DNA of 63,984 nt, filler included, from Hyphochytrium catenoides (lineage: Eukaryota > Protista > Hyphochytriomycota), in NCBI GenBank assembly GCA_900088475.1. It is 11 parts of 11 records of this genome, joined end to end, with 100 filler letters (N's around TTAATTAATTAA, not from the genome) between each part and the next. Parts side by side here need not be neighbours in the genome. Positions count along the whole stretch, not along the records: positions 62,973 to 63,984 come from FLMG01003612.1; 10 more parts are not named here. One strand, 5' to 3'. Below are positions 63,745-63,984 of the stretch, one piece after another; the stretch's first letter is position 1, and the number at the start of each line of letters is the position of its first letter. A model generated the notes under the pieces. That model was not told where the DNA came from, searched no databases, and worked only from the letters and a program-made list of their open reading frames with translations. Both the position numbers and the translations under genes were made by a program.

Positions 63745-63984
63745 GTACGGGAAAGAAGCTATTGTTGCTATCACTGATGATCAGAAGTGAGGAGGCTGGA
63801 TGGGTAACAAGAAGACAAAAATTAACGTTCTGGAAGAGGGTGCGACATGTCTAGGACGGTCAGAGACGGCAGCCAGAGAGCCACAGAAAGAGTTCGTTAG
63901 AGTAACTTATGCTTTTGACTCCTTTACTCTCTCCCTCAAACTTATCCTCCTCCCTGTCCCCTTTTGCTCTCTCTCTCTCTCTCT

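Noticed and set aside
1-63984. Prokaryotic systems, tRNA/rRNA genes, CRISPR arrays
   Set aside because: No repeat-spacer periodicity, operon structure or structural RNA signature was recognised by eye.

Overview
Eukaryotic draft-genome window: GT-AG introns, very dense (GA)n/(CT)n microsatellites, and ten artificial 100-nt spacers (44 N + TTAATTAATTAA + 44 N). The FYVE-GAF and RUN-RhoGAP-ELMO architectures suggest a stramenopile/protist, but this is inference. Genes read from motifs, in order: (1) a secreted, apparently intronless Agd3-type (CBM87 + CE18) polysaccharide deacetylase with an extra C-terminal carbohydrate-binding-like domain, plus a decayed tandem paralog; (2) a multi-exon RUN + RhoGAP-like + ELMO protein whose RhoGAP arginine finger reads Gln; (3) an intronless FYVE + GAF protein; (4) a UBAC2/Dsc2-like rhomboid pseudoprotease with a UBA domain, head-to-head with a DCAF15-like gene; (5) a gene-poor 27-40 kb stretch with a Ty1/copia remnant and its 3' LTR, and Harbinger-like MITEs; (6) a nucleoplasmin-like histone chaperone; (7) DNA ligase I with a PIP box and two in-frame starts; (8) farnesyl diphosphate synthase; (9) an interstitial TTAGGG tract; (10) partial DUS3-like and EDRF1-like genes. 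The best candidate for an undescribed system is the Agd3-like deacetylase locus. Exon structures and family calls were made by eye; no database search was run.
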